Source: Eledone cirrhosa (lineage: Eukaryota). From it: a stretch of DNA of 64,000 bases. The stretch is taken from positions 316,944,001 through 317,008,000 of the forward strand of contig OZ024743.1 of the NCBI GenBank assembly GCA_964016885.1. Reading direction: 5' to 3'. The notes under the pieces are model-generated. The model was given only the letters and a program-made list of their open reading frames with translations. It ran no database searches and was not told the DNA's origin. A program made the position numbers and the translations under genes. Below are positions 49,586 through 62,049 of this stretch, one piece after another (position 1 is the stretch's first letter; each line of letters opens with the position of its first letter).

Positions 49586-50864
49586 TTAACTCACCACTCT
49601 ACATTTGATTTAGTTCCAAAGGGGTTTATTAGAACGTTTGAAAATGTACTTCGATTGCATCCTGTATGCTCCAACATCTAACGCCTCGCCTGGTGAGGAT
49701 TTTCATTGACGATAAAGCTTCTTAAAATCGTAAACAGTCGATTGTAATTATATGATTTAATAATTGTATTGTTGTGTATCAGCCAATAACTTTTTCAGTA
49801 GTTCTCTTTCACTGGTTTCAGACTGCGGTCATACTGGGGCACTGCCATAAAGTCTATTGTATCAACTCCCTCTCCTCTAACTACTTTTCATATTTTTTGG
49901 AAGTCTTACTTATTCTATCGATCCTGTTGTTGAACAGCTACATTACATCACACGCACACACGCACACACGCACGCACACACACACACACACAAACGCGTG
50001 CGCACATTTTTTTTTCTTCAATTTTTTTTTTTTTTTGCCTCAGGGTATTTATTTAACTACATACAAGAAGAGGAGAGTATAATTAATAGAAACTTATATA
50101 TACACAAATCACAACAAATATTTAAAAAAACCTATGGTGGCATAGGTTGGAAGATGTTATCAAGGACCAAGTTAATCGGAGTTACTATTTTCTCAACGAC
50201 GGGTTGAGGACAAACATATACGACGGGCTTTTGCAATTTCCGTTTGACAAATTTCACTCTCAAGAAATTGGTCAACCCCAGGCTATTGCTTAGACACTTG
50301 CTCCAAAGTGGCACGGATTGAGACTGAACCTCCAAAAACCACGTAGTTACCAGGGGCGGTGGAAGCATCTCTGAATTGCGGCGAGGGGGGGGGGGCAAAT
50401 TTGGTCAATATAGTTGTAGTGATTAGTTTAGCTGTTATTATCAAATATCAACCAAGATATAAAAAAAAACTTCGATTTGCGATAAACAACATGTACATAA
50501 ATTGTAGCGCATATACAAATAGAGAAAAATATTATTATTTGGCGCGTGTGAGGGAGGGAGGGGGGTCATGCCCCCTTCCCAATTCTACTGCCCTTGGTCA
50601 CATAGTGAACTCTTTAACTACTCAGCCATTCCCAAATTAAATAAACTTTAAGCCATAACAATCTGTTGATTTTATATGAGACAGATATTTAATCGATTTT
50701 GTCAACAAATAAATTCAGTTATACAGAAACATTCTTTTTAATCGATCATACTTCAGATGAGACTGTTACTATCTTAAGTTGTTGTCGTTCACTGGATCGA
50801 GATCAGAGATCAGTTTCCAGGGCCCACCACAAGGAGCTTGACAACCTGAGCCCCTTGATTATTT

Positions 50865-51012
50865 CTTCTTCCTTTCTCTTCTTTTCTTTTCTCTTCTATT
50901 TTCTTTCCTCTTCTTTTTCTTTTCTTCTTTTTTCTTTTTCTTTTTGTCTTCTTTTTCTTTTTCTTCTTTTTCTTCTTTTTCTTCACCTTCTTCACCTTTT
51001 CCTTTTTTCCTC
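50865..51012. repeat. CT/T-rich polypyrimidine tract
   Basis: Low-complexity TTC/TTTTC run lying between two ~90-bp degenerate direct repeats. Confidence 0.85.
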
Positions 51013-53911
51013 TATATGAGACTTGTTGTTTCAGGTTGTCGTTCGCCTGATCGTGATCAGTTTCCAGGGCCCACCGCGAGGAGGTCAACAACTTGGGGCC
51101 CCACTCGACCATAATATTGCTTCACACCAAAGGGATTTATATTTTTACTAGCTTGTATGTGACATTGTTTTGGCAATATGTATGTTTCCATAGGTGTATT
51201 TATATTTGTTTGTGTTATCAATTTTTTTTGTTTCCATGAATGTTTATGCGTGTGTGTATGTGTGTGCATTAATTTTCTGTTTCCACCAGTGTGTGTATTT
51301 GTGTGTGTTATCAATTTTCTGTTTCCATTAGTGTGTGTTATCAATTTTCTGTATGATGGAATTTTGTTATGTATGTAATTAAAATTAAGTGTCTGATTTT
51401 ATTGTTATTTTAAATAGTTTTTAGTAATGTTTTGGCAGTTCACCTTACTAAAGTATCAAGTGATGTTCCTGATGAGCATGCTTATCTTTTCCAGCACCTT
51501 AGCTTTGGTATCACTTGGCTTCCACAGAACATTTCTGGAAGGCAACACCACCATCCCCTGCCGTAGTGTGGTAGTGTGTAATTGAGTGTTCACATCTTCT
51601 ACTCCCACTCGCAGCATTTCTTAGGGCATTTTAAAACCTGGCAGAGCTCATCCCTCTCCAGAGCTGAACACAGAAGATTTCTTTCAGAAAAGGGTAGAGA
51701 GAGTGAGAAAGAGATATAGTGGAAGAATCGACCCCACTAATAAACTGGTACTTCAGAGAGCCAAAATGAATACCACAAAGCATCCTATCCTATGTTCTAA
51801 CAAATCTAATTCACTGCCTTATTAAAATGTTTCAGCGGCTGCTACAAAGAATTGAACTTTGTATCTCCCAGATACCAGCTAGGTGCTCTAACCATTGATC
51901 TAAGGGACCCCTGTTCTAATATCCTATCCTGCAATTCTAAACACTTCACATCTCTCATTCAACATGGAACATTGCCAAACTTCTCTCCTGACCATATGTC
52001 ATTCCAACAGCCTGAAACTAACCTTGCTTTTGTAACACTAAGTTGTTGATTTTAAAGTGTTTGTATTTATCTAAAATCTTTCCATCATAATTTTGTATAA
52101 GAACTTTTGTTATGTTCCAGCTTAATGAAAACGTTACATTTCCAAATCTTTCCACCTTCTTGATTATTTTCCAAATTATTTGAATATCATGGGCAGTGTT
52201 TTACATTTGAAATATGGTAACGAAAAGGTTAACAAAAATATGATGAGAAAAATATCTGAAACAGAATTCTATGAGAAAGTTTTGTAGGTCTATCATTTTT
52301 AATTGTATTGTGAATGTTTATTTAGATCCATTTGTCTTGAATGGTCTGTACTTATCTTGAAGTATGTTGTATGTTAAGAACCCTTCGTTCATATTTTTGA
52401 GTCATTTAATCATCTCAGTACTATGCATAACTAAATTACTTTAATCATTAATGCACAGTTGGTGAATTGGCAGAACCATTACAGCAATGAATAGAATTCT
52501 TTGTATTATTCATTGTCTCCCTGCATTCTGAGTTCAAATCTTACCATGGCCAAACTTTGACTTTCATCCTTTCAAGCTCTATAAATGAACCACCACCACC
52601 ACAACCACACCACCATCATTACCAACTTCTCCTCCTCCTTGAAAATATTAAAGTACTGGAGTTAACATGATCAACTAAAAGCCCTTCAAGGCAGTACCCC
52701 AGCATGGCCTTAGTCTAATAGCTGAAACCAGTAAAATACTAAAAGAGTAGTTAGTAAGGTGACCCTACTTCAATGTAAATGGAAACAGTTACAGAGATCA
52801 TAGGGAGATAAATAATCAACAAAGAATACTTGACATAAATTGTGGCTCAGGTTTGAATTTACTCTACTCTATATTACAAGGTTTATATGGTGGTGAATTG
52901 GCAGAGTTGTTAAAACATCAGATCAAATGCTTTATGGTATTCATTCCAGCTCTCTACTCTCTCAGATCAACTTTACCTTTCATGCATTTGAAGTCAATAA
53001 AAAAAATTACCAGTCTAATACTGAGGTTGATTCTTCCTCTATATCTCTTTCTCACTTCCATTCTCTCACACTCTATCCTTCTCTGGAAGAAATCTGCTGT
53101 ATTCAGACCTGGTGAGGAGATGGGCTCTACCAGGTTTTTAAAAAATGTCCTAGACATGCCATATGTCAATACAGCATCCCTACGACTTCCTCAGGAGTTA
53201 CAAGATCATACACACATACTACAAACCAATGCCTCCTAATTCCATATATATATATTTTTTTTAATCACTGAGCTTAAATTTCTCAAGGTTTAAAATGCAC
53301 AATATTTATAAATGTTTTGTAGCCATAAGCACAGGCATAGTTTGCAGCCATGTAGTTTGGGGTTCATTTTCACTGCAGGAAATCTTGGGCAAGTGGCTAG
53401 AACCTATGCACATGAACAAAATTGGCAAACGAAAACTGTACAGCAGCATGCCATATATGGGTGTGTGTGTGTGCTTGTGTATCTGTTTGAGTGTACTGGG
53501 TGCATTTCATCATGGCACCTGCACTACTACTTTCCAAAGTGTACTGGGTACATTTTATTGTGATGTCCTTGAAAAGATTGATGAGTCCTCTCTACCCTAT
53601 ATTGTCTCCATTACTATGTTTTATATATTAAAATAATCAATTGTTCACATGTGAGAGAATAGAAGACAGCTAACACAAAGAAGGGAATATGAGAGACAGC
53701 TAGCTTGAAAGGGTGAACTAGTATAGTTAATGAGGGAGAGAAATAAAGATATAGAAACAAGTAAGAGGATGGATAATAGAAAGAATTATCAGGAGAGAGG
53801 AGTTCATATATATGTGTGCGTGGCTAAGCAGTGCACTTTGCAACCACATAATTCCGAGTTCAGTCACATTGCATGGCACATTGAACAGGTGTCTTCTACT
53901 ATATATATATC

Positions 53912-54150
53912 AAGGGCCTTCTCACTCCTGTTGGAGGAACTCCCCCCACCCTGGTTGATCTCCACTGCCTCCTATATCTGGCCATATTGGACCATGTAGG
54001 GCCAAGGTATTGGGTCAGATCATTGTGCCATCTTCTCTTCGGCCGACCTCTGGTTCATCTCCACTGCCTCAGAGCCCACTCTGTCACTTTATTAGTGCAC
54101 ATGGCAGGAAGTGCAACAACTGGATTCAACAGCAGACTGGAGTGAAGGAC
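53912..54150 (-). mobile_element. RTE-type LINE 3' end
   Basis: RGRPKRRWHNDLTQYLGPTWSNMARYRRQWR. Confidence 0.65.
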
Positions 54151-54157
54151 ATATATA

Positions 54158-55735
54158 CTGGGTGTAACAGCAAAATTGTCACACTCACAAATTCTTAAAA
54201 TTTCTTAAAACCAATAAACTAATCGATTTGCAATTTTCCATGTTTCCAGGTAAGATGTCTGGCCATACTGACATCAGATTTTGCAAGAATCAGTGAAATA
54301 CCTATTGAGATATTTAGCTAGGAAGAGAACAGGCTGAAATGGTTTTGTGCCAGCCTCACCATGTCTTCTCAACTGAGCAATGTTGAGCAGGCTAAGATCA
54401 TCCGGGCCTTCAGTAATGGTATCAATATTCATTCTTTAGCTTCCATCTTCAAAGTCCATTCAAGAACCATCAAGAGAATTGTGAATGAGTTTGAGAAAGA
54501 GGGAATAGTAAAGAGGAAAACTGGATCAAGAGGTCATTACCGTAAGAGGGATCATCATTTCAATCTGGAGCTGAAGTGATCAATAAGAAGAGATCCAACT
54601 CAATCCATAAGATGCTTGGCATGGAGGAGTGTCATCTATGACAGTTCAAAGAGTGGTGACAGAAGACTTGAAAATAAAATTGTACGCGAGACCTGTGAGG
54701 CACCTTATTACTCCAGGACAAAAGGTTAGAAGGTTGGACAGGGCGAAGATCATCTTGAACAAAGTGAAATATTATCCTGGAGTGATCTTTTACACAGATG
54801 AAAAGAATTTCACCCAAGATACACACACAAACAGACGCAACAGCCATGTTCTGGTTTCAGATATCACGAGAGAGACAAAAATGTCATTTTCAAGTGCAAA
54901 ACCCTGCCAAATTGATGATTTCTTCCTGCATGGCCTCTGATGGCAAGAAGATGCCATTGCTCATGTTTGAGAAGGCTGAGAGTCTGACAGGAGTTTGTTA
55001 TGTTCAGGTTTTGAAAGATGTAAAGCCTTGGATACTTTCTGACTATCCTGTTGCAAGAGTCAAGGGAAGCCCCAACAAGATCACTAAGGACTTCAAGTTT
55101 ACATTCCAGCAAGACAGAGCTACTTGTCACATAAGTGCAGTGGCTCAAAAATTTCTCAGGGATGAGTTTGGGAACAGGTTTTGGAATAAGGACATTTGGT
55201 CCCCTACATCACCTGATTTGAATCCATTAAACTTCAGCATCTGGAATGAACTGGTCAGAAAAGCTTGTGAGCAGCTCTAGAGTAACATGCAAGCCCTCAA
55301 AATCGCCATCACTAGGATATGGGAGGAAGACATTGATGAGGAATTCATTAAGAAAGCTTGTGGTGCAGTCAGAAAGAATGTTGAGGAAGTCATTGCCAAA
55401 AAAGGAGCAACTATTGATGCCTAACAGGTAGGATTTCGGCCAGGATTGTCTCTGGCACTTTGGAATAAAACTTTAAGCTTCTATTAAAATTTTATTCCAA
55501 TCCTTTATGAGCTCCCAATCCTGATCTATGGTTAATTATTAATGAAAATGTCATTTTCTTTCATGATCAACTTCATCACGAATTCTTCTGGTGAGCTTGG
55601 AGAGTAAGCAACATTTTCCTTGCTCACAGTGTTAGAAAAACCCCTGACAATTCCATTGTTATCTTTAAGCATTCCTGAAATACAGAAGTTTGAAGTTGAA
55701 TCTAAAATTTGGACAATTTTGCTGGTACACCCTAG
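54158..55735 (+). mobile_element. Full-length decayed Tc1/mariner (maT-like) transposon, 1578 bp
   Basis: TA|CTGGGTGTAACAGCAAAATTGTC ... GACAATTTTGCTGGTACACCCTAG|TA. Transposase 54361-~55424 is split across frames: HTH N-terminus, FYTDEKNF, FQQDRATCH, WSPTSPDLNPLNFSIW. Confidence 0.9.
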
Positions 55736-56379
55736 TACCCAAAACGTTAAGACTCTTTTCTTGTTATTTCAAGCTTTAAACTAATATATTTCTTCAATGT
55801 ACTGTGTCATTTCTGTTTACTTTTTATATACATATATATGGCACATGAAATCAAAACAATCGGAGTACTAACTAAATGTATATTTGTAATGGAGCTGCAA
55901 CACTTACTGTGTGTGTATATGAGTTCATATCTGTGTTTATATTTGTGTCACTGTCTATTGATAAAATAAATACTGGGGTCGATATGATTGGTTAAAATCC
56001 TTTTATGGCAGTGCTCCAGTGTGGCCACAGGCTGATGTCTGAAATCAGGAAAATAACATGTATATATGGAGAGGGAGAGAATGTGTGATCGATTGATTGA
56101 TTAAATGTGTGTTAAAAAGACAATTGATTAGATTTTATATAAAGCTCAGTTCAGTGACAATTGCCGTGTTTATCCAAACAAAAAAACCAGGAAACCATGG
56201 AACAGTGCACTGTTTTGTCCTATTGAAGAGTCACCATAGATGCTTTCCTGTGTTGTTCACACAACTTCTTTATGGAACATACATTGGTGTCTGGGTTGAT
56301 CACATGATATTTATAAACTGAAATATTATTGTCACATTGCTCCTGAATATATGTGTATGTGTGTGCGTATATATATATA

Positions 56380-57289
56380 CAGGGTGCGGACGATATTTGT
56401 TCGCAATTTTCAACTGCTAAGTTTATGCAAATTTTTTTTACTTCCGTTGTCACTCTTGTCTTCATAAAAACAGTGACTATATTTCCATTATTTATTTTCA
56501 GAATAATTAATTATGAATAATTTTGAACCTCCAAATTTGTGGAAGAGACACGGAGTTCTTCTTGGAATCTGCGCCGGGAGGACAAATAAGACCAGAAGAT
56601 CAACTCCCAGAACAACAGGTGGCTCACTGTCTCATCCAAAGATGTGCCCAGAGTCATGCAGACAAAGTTTCCAGCGACAACATTGGTCTTAGGTGTCGTC
56701 AGCAGTCAAGGTGTCGTCAGCAGTCAAGGTGACGTCATGTCACCTCACTTCTTCCCTGAGGGCCTCAAACTGAACACCGATGGCTACATCCGCATTCTGG
56801 GCGAGGTAGTAAAGCCCTGGATTGACCAGGTAGCTGCAGGTAGGCCGTACGTGTGGCAGCAAGACTCAGCGCCCTGCCATACTAGCTGAAAGACCCAAGC
56901 CTGGCTGTCAGAGAACTTCATCGACCACACTTCACCTGACATCTGGCCTCCCAGCTCACCTGACTGCCACCCCCTCGACTTCTTTGTGTGGGGCGCAGTG
57001 GAACGAGACACCAACAGATCTAGCTGCAATACGAAAGACGATTTGAAGGCCAGGATCACAAGTGCCTTTAGGGGCCTAAGTCGGGGGACAGTGACGAAGG
57101 CCTGTAGCTGGTTCCGAGGCCGCCTTGAGGTTGTCATCAAAGCCAATGGCAGGTTTATCGAGTGAGATTGAAAGAACAAGTCATGAAGACAAACTGACCC
57201 AAGTTTGATACATAAATCTTAAAAAATAAAACTACTGTGTTATTTCTTCCTAGACAGTAATCTTGCGAACACATATCGTCCGCACCCTG
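56380..57289 (+). mobile_element. Tc1/mariner maT (DD37D) element, internally deleted; sister of 11756-12633
   Basis: TA|CAGGGTGCGGACGATATTTGTTCGCAA ... TTGCGAACACATATCGTCCGCACCCTG|TA. WQQDSAPCH followed by a premature stop, and an 18-bp internal tandem duplication. Confidence 0.9.
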
Positions 57290-57336
57290 TATATATGCAC
57301 ACACACATAGATATATCCAGGAGCAATGTGACAATA

Positions 57337-57392
<56 letters not shown>

Positions 57393-57740
57393 CATATATA
57401 TATATGATAGACTATATATATATATATATATAGTTGAAACAGTAAACAAAAAAACAACAACGTGGCAGTGAAGAGGCAGTACAAAATCTTAATATTAGTT
57501 TCACGCTTTATATCTGTATTTTTAACCGTTGGTCAATCAATGATAAACAATGATTGCCAGATAAATGGTGATATAAAAGATACAGAAGTGAAAACCAATC
57601 CAAACCAAACTGAGTGTGTTTTATTATTATTTCTACATTATAACATTATATTATAACATTATGACCCTCCCCAAATATAACAAATATAACTATATATATA
57701 TATATACAATAATGAGAGGTATACAAATATATGTCTATAC

Positions 57741-58153
57741 ATACATATACATGTATATATAAACATATATTTTTCACAAGTATGTGAGATTGTATGTTGT
57801 CGACCTTAGCCCTTTCTGAGATTTTCTCGCATGCTACAGACGTATGTAGTTAGGGCCCTTCCCCGAGGTGCTCTCTTGATAAGCTGGCTTACCTCACAAC
57901 AATGTTACACATCTATGATATAACATTTTTGCATAGTGACCAGCGAAACTGTACAGTCGGAACTAAAGAAAAAAATAGGTATATTGTATCTATTATTCCT
58001 TTTTATAATATTTTACATAACTCTGATATTGTGTCAATTTAATTATTTTGATTATCTTGTCTCTCATAATTATAGAGTAACACTGGTTAAGGTCGACAAC
58101 ATACAATCTCACATACTTGTGAAAAATATGTTTATATATACATGTATATGTAT
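57741..58153. repeat. Inverted repeat with ~66-68-bp arms and ~280-bp spacer (MITE or fold-back duplication)
   Basis: 57741-57808 is the reverse complement of 58088-58153 except for a 2-nt indel. Confidence 0.85.
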
Positions 58154-58179
58154 CATCATCATCATCATCATCATCATCA

Positions 58180-59524
58180 CAAGCCATGTATAGGGGAGCA
58201 GTCAGCAAAGTTAGGATTAGCAATGAGTATAGCGAGGAATTTAGTGTACAAGTTGGTGTCCACCAGGGCTCTGTTCTTTGCCCTCTCCTGTTCATCATAG
58301 TCCTGCAGGCAATAACGGAGGAGTTTAAGACCGGATGCCCATGGGAACTCCTGTATGCAGATGACCTTGCACTTATAGCTGAATCTAGAGAAGAAATTCC
58401 AAACTTGGAAGCAGGGACTAGAAAGAAAGGGTCTCAAAGTCAACATGACAAAGACTAAGGTCCTTGTAAGTAGACGAGAAAACAGAACCCAGATCCCCTC
58501 AGGGAAATGGCCTCAGTGGGATCTCAGGAAGCTTAATTAAGAATGTAGGCTTCACATGTAGTAGCTGTGCTGGGACAGCAAGCAGCAAACAGCCACAGGA
58601 AACAAGTACCACCAATCTCTGGGAGGGCTCTGTAGAAACAGTAGACAGCTTCTGCTACCTAGGTGACTGAATTAGCAGCAGAGGTGGGTGTTCAGAAAGT
58701 ACAATAACTAGGGTAAGAATGGGATGGAAGAAGTTCAGGGAACTACTGCCACTGTTAGCTGCAAAAGCTTCTCCCTCAAAATGAAAGGCAGACTGTATGA
58801 TGCATGTATCCGAACAGCAATGTTACATGGTAGTGAGACCTGGGCGCTGAAGGTGGAAGACTTACGTAGATTAGAAAGAAACAAAGCCTGCATGCTCCGA
58901 TAGATGTGTAATAGTAATATACGTGAACGGCAAAGCATAAATGAATTGAGAGAGAGACTGAGCATAAGAGGAATCAAATGCTGTGTGCAGGAGAGGCGGT
59001 TGCGTTGGTATGGACATGTGATGTGTATGAAGGATGACAGCTGCATAAAAAGGTGCAGAGCACTAGAAGTCAATGGAAACCACTGAGTGGGAAGACCCAA
59101 GAAGACCTGGGAAGAGGTGATAAAAGCTGACCTTACCCAATTACACCTCTCAAAGGCGACCGTGACCTCTGGCGTCACGCAGTAATACAGAGTACCCGAC
59201 CTCCCATGGGTACAAGCTGAAGCATATAGACAATATGCCCCCATCCACTCCCACTGCAAGGTGGTCGTGGAGGTGCCACGGCAAAAAAGCACCCAGCCCA
59301 CACTGTAAAGTGGACGTGTAGGCGACACGGAAAAAGCATCCAACACTCACTCTAAATGAGGGTGGTGTTAGGAAGGGCATCCAGCTGTAGAAATCAAGCC
59401 AAAATCAGTTCCTGTATGAGCAAGGCATGGTCAGCCGACCAGACACTGCCCACAACAGGACAACCCGTCTAACCCATGCTAGCATGGGAGAACGGACGTA
59501 AAACGGTGATGATGATGATGATGA
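58180..59524 (+). mobile_element. 5'-truncated RTE LINE, closely related to 37512-40262
   Basis: GVHQGSVLCPLLF...ELLYADDLALI, RRLRWYGHV, the same 3' UTR and a (GAT)n tail. Confidence 0.92.
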
Positions 59525-59534
59525 ATATTATCAG

Positions 59535-59695
59535 TATCGGTAGAGAGTCGGATGCCATGCATAGTTACGTCCCTTTACGGTCTGAGTTCGAATCCCGCCG
59601 AGGTTCACTTTGCCTTTCATCCTTACGGGGTCGATAAAATAAAGTACCCGTAATGTACTGGGTAATTGCTGGCCTTGTGCCAAAAAAGTATAAAC
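59535..59695 (+). mobile_element. tRNA-derived SINE
   Basis: GAGTTCGAATCCCGCCGAGG...CTTTCATCCTTACGGGGTCGATAAAATAAAGTAC. Confidence 0.75.
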
Positions 59696-59696
59696 A

Positions 59697-60119
59697 ATTA
59701 TGAGTTGGTAGATCTAGTAAGTTCTTTGTTAACTTCGGTGGGAAGAAATTTAAAGATTCCTGAAGAACTTTCTCGCATTCGTTGGTGGCGATTGTCAAAC
59801 TGAGATCAGGTTGTGTTGTGATGTGTGACTCTATATATAAGAGAGATTTGGATGTGTCTGGGGGTGGGGTGCAGTGTTAATGAGTGTGGGAGTGAAGGAG
59901 TGTTGATGAAGATTTAAAGGAATTAAAGCATATACACACACACATACATACATATATACACAGAAAATGGTGAATGTTGACAGCAAGAAAATGGGATGGG
60001 AGTGCTGTTGGGACTTTTTTAGAATGTTTATGAAAGGGGCTGTAAAAGTGCCCTCCTGCTGGTTCCATTTCAATAAATGGCCTTTGATGGATATAATGGC
60101 AGATCTACCAACTCATAAT
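59697..60119. mobile_element. Putative MITE / IR-bounded segment (19-bp perfect terminal IR)
   Basis: ATTATGAGTTGGTAGATCT (59697-59715) and AGATCTACCAACTCATAAT (60101-60119). Confidence 0.5.
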
Positions 60120-60260
60120 GTTATAATATTATAAAATTAAATCAAATTGTTTAGAACTACAAGTGAAGTTATTCTTTTCCTTTTTTTTCAAATATACCTA
60201 ACTGTATCAAGGATCTCACACATTTTCCAATATATATATATATATATGTGTGTATGTGTC

Positions 60261-60299
<39 letters not shown>

Positions 60300-60351
60300 G
60301 CATACATATATATATATATACATATATATATTCACTTATGTGCACATTTTA

Positions 60352-60530
60352 GCTGAAAAGTTCATAGACTAACAAAGATACTCTCATGAAATGATCAATT
60401 GAGGTTTATTTATAAACATAGTACTGGAAAGAAACAATGCAGTTATTAATAAGAAGAGTTGAAATTAAATCATGCAAGATTTCACAGCCCTAGTATCACT
60501 CTTTCATAGTCAGTCTATGAACTTTTCAGC
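60352..60530. mobile_element. Mariner-type MITE
   Basis: 19-bp perfect IR GCTGAAAAGTTCATAGACT. Partial sister copy at ~23930-24060. Confidence 0.7.
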
Positions 60531-61564
60531 CAACTCTGATAAATCTATATAGGTGCTGGCATGGCTGCGTAGTTAATGGGTTTGCTTTGTAACCATGTAG
60601 TTTGAGGTTCAAGTACTTTGTCCTCAATTATAGCCTTGAGTTGACCAGTGCCTTGTGAATGAAATTTATTAGACATAAACTGTGTGGAAGCCCATCATAT
60701 ACATATATATATATGTGTGTGTATGCGTCCATATTTACATTTAGTGTTGTGTGAGTGACGCCTCCCCCCTGATAATGTAGCAGTTCAGCAAAAAGAGATC
60801 GATAAAAATATGTACTGGGGTTGATATGATTGACTAAATCCCTTCATGGCAGTGCCCCAGCATGGCCACTCTCTAAAGACCGAAACCAGTAAAAGAATAA
60901 AAGAATCTCTGTAAGATGACTATATTATCTATGTTCTCACTATACTCGAGTCGAAAACATTTACTAGTGTGCAATAACTTGATAAATTGTTTATATATTC
61001 AGCAGAGAAAATTATTGATGTCAGTCAGTAAAACATCTCTAAAATATTATTATTCAACCTTTCAATAGAATCAATGACTTATGTTTAGATACAGAGGCCC
61101 CCAAAGTTGTTGATATTGACCCCCAAGGTCGCTAGGACTACCCAGGTGGTCGATTGAACTTCTAGGTCAAAACCTGACATTTGTTTGAGAAATCAGAATA
61201 CATAAAATGCTACAATAAAATACAACTTGCTTATACAGGTTTCTGAAGTATATATAATTAATCTTTACTGTCATTTTATTTCATATTCTGTGTACTGATT
61301 TATTTATTTAATTTTGTACAAGGCTGGGGTCATGAAGGGTCAAGAATTCCATGGAGGGGTTTAATGTTCTAAAATGTTTGTAGATCTCTGTTCTTAATGA
61401 ATATTTATTCTATATCTTGGTGAGACTAAATGAAGTTAGTTTTTTTTCCCGTTTTTTTTTCTGAGCTGTGATATATTGCGATTCTTTCTATGAACTATGG
61501 GGATTTTACTCAGAATATTTGTCTTAAGCAAAGCTCAAATTGATAAATACAACTATATGCATAG

Positions 61565-61795
61565 ATAATGATCACTGGATGAGGAAGTGCCAGGAAATCC
61601 CAGTAGAAGGAAGCTGCAATAGTGGTAGACCAAGGAAGGCCTGGGCAGAAGTAGTGAGGGCTGATCTCAAATCTCTTAGACTCACAGAGGAGATGATGAA
61701 GGAATGCGGTGAGTGGAGAGCTGCTGTGCTGAAAAGGACCCATCCAACCCATGCAAGCATGGAAAAGCGGACATAAAAACGATGATGATGATGAT
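61565..61795 (+). mobile_element. RTE LINE 3' end
   Basis: WMRKCQEIPVEG..GRPRKAWAEVVRADL and a (GAT)n tail. Same family as 17049-17495. Confidence 0.8.
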
Positions 61796-62049
61796 ATGTA
61801 TTATGAAGTGGTATTTGGTTCAGCGCAAACTATTTTCAGATGATTATTTAGAGCAGGGACTCCAAAGGGTTCAACATAATTAGCAAGCAATCAATTGGAT
61901 TTTTGGATCAAAACCTGACATTTGTATAAGAAATGAAAATACATTAAATAGTGGTTTTTAATTTAGGCACAAAGCCAACAATTTAGAGGGAAAGGAAAGT
62001 CAATTAAATCAACCCTAGTACATTACTGGTACATATTTTATCAACAGCA

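Noticed and set aside
49688-49742. Hammerhead-like CTGGTGAG-GATTTT...AAAATC-GTAAACAGTC (similar remnant at ~43620-43700)
   Set aside because: Core nucleotides are mutated; at most a dead relic.
50699-51112. Poly-Lys and poly-Phe ORFs
   Set aside because: Low-complexity pyrimidine tract.
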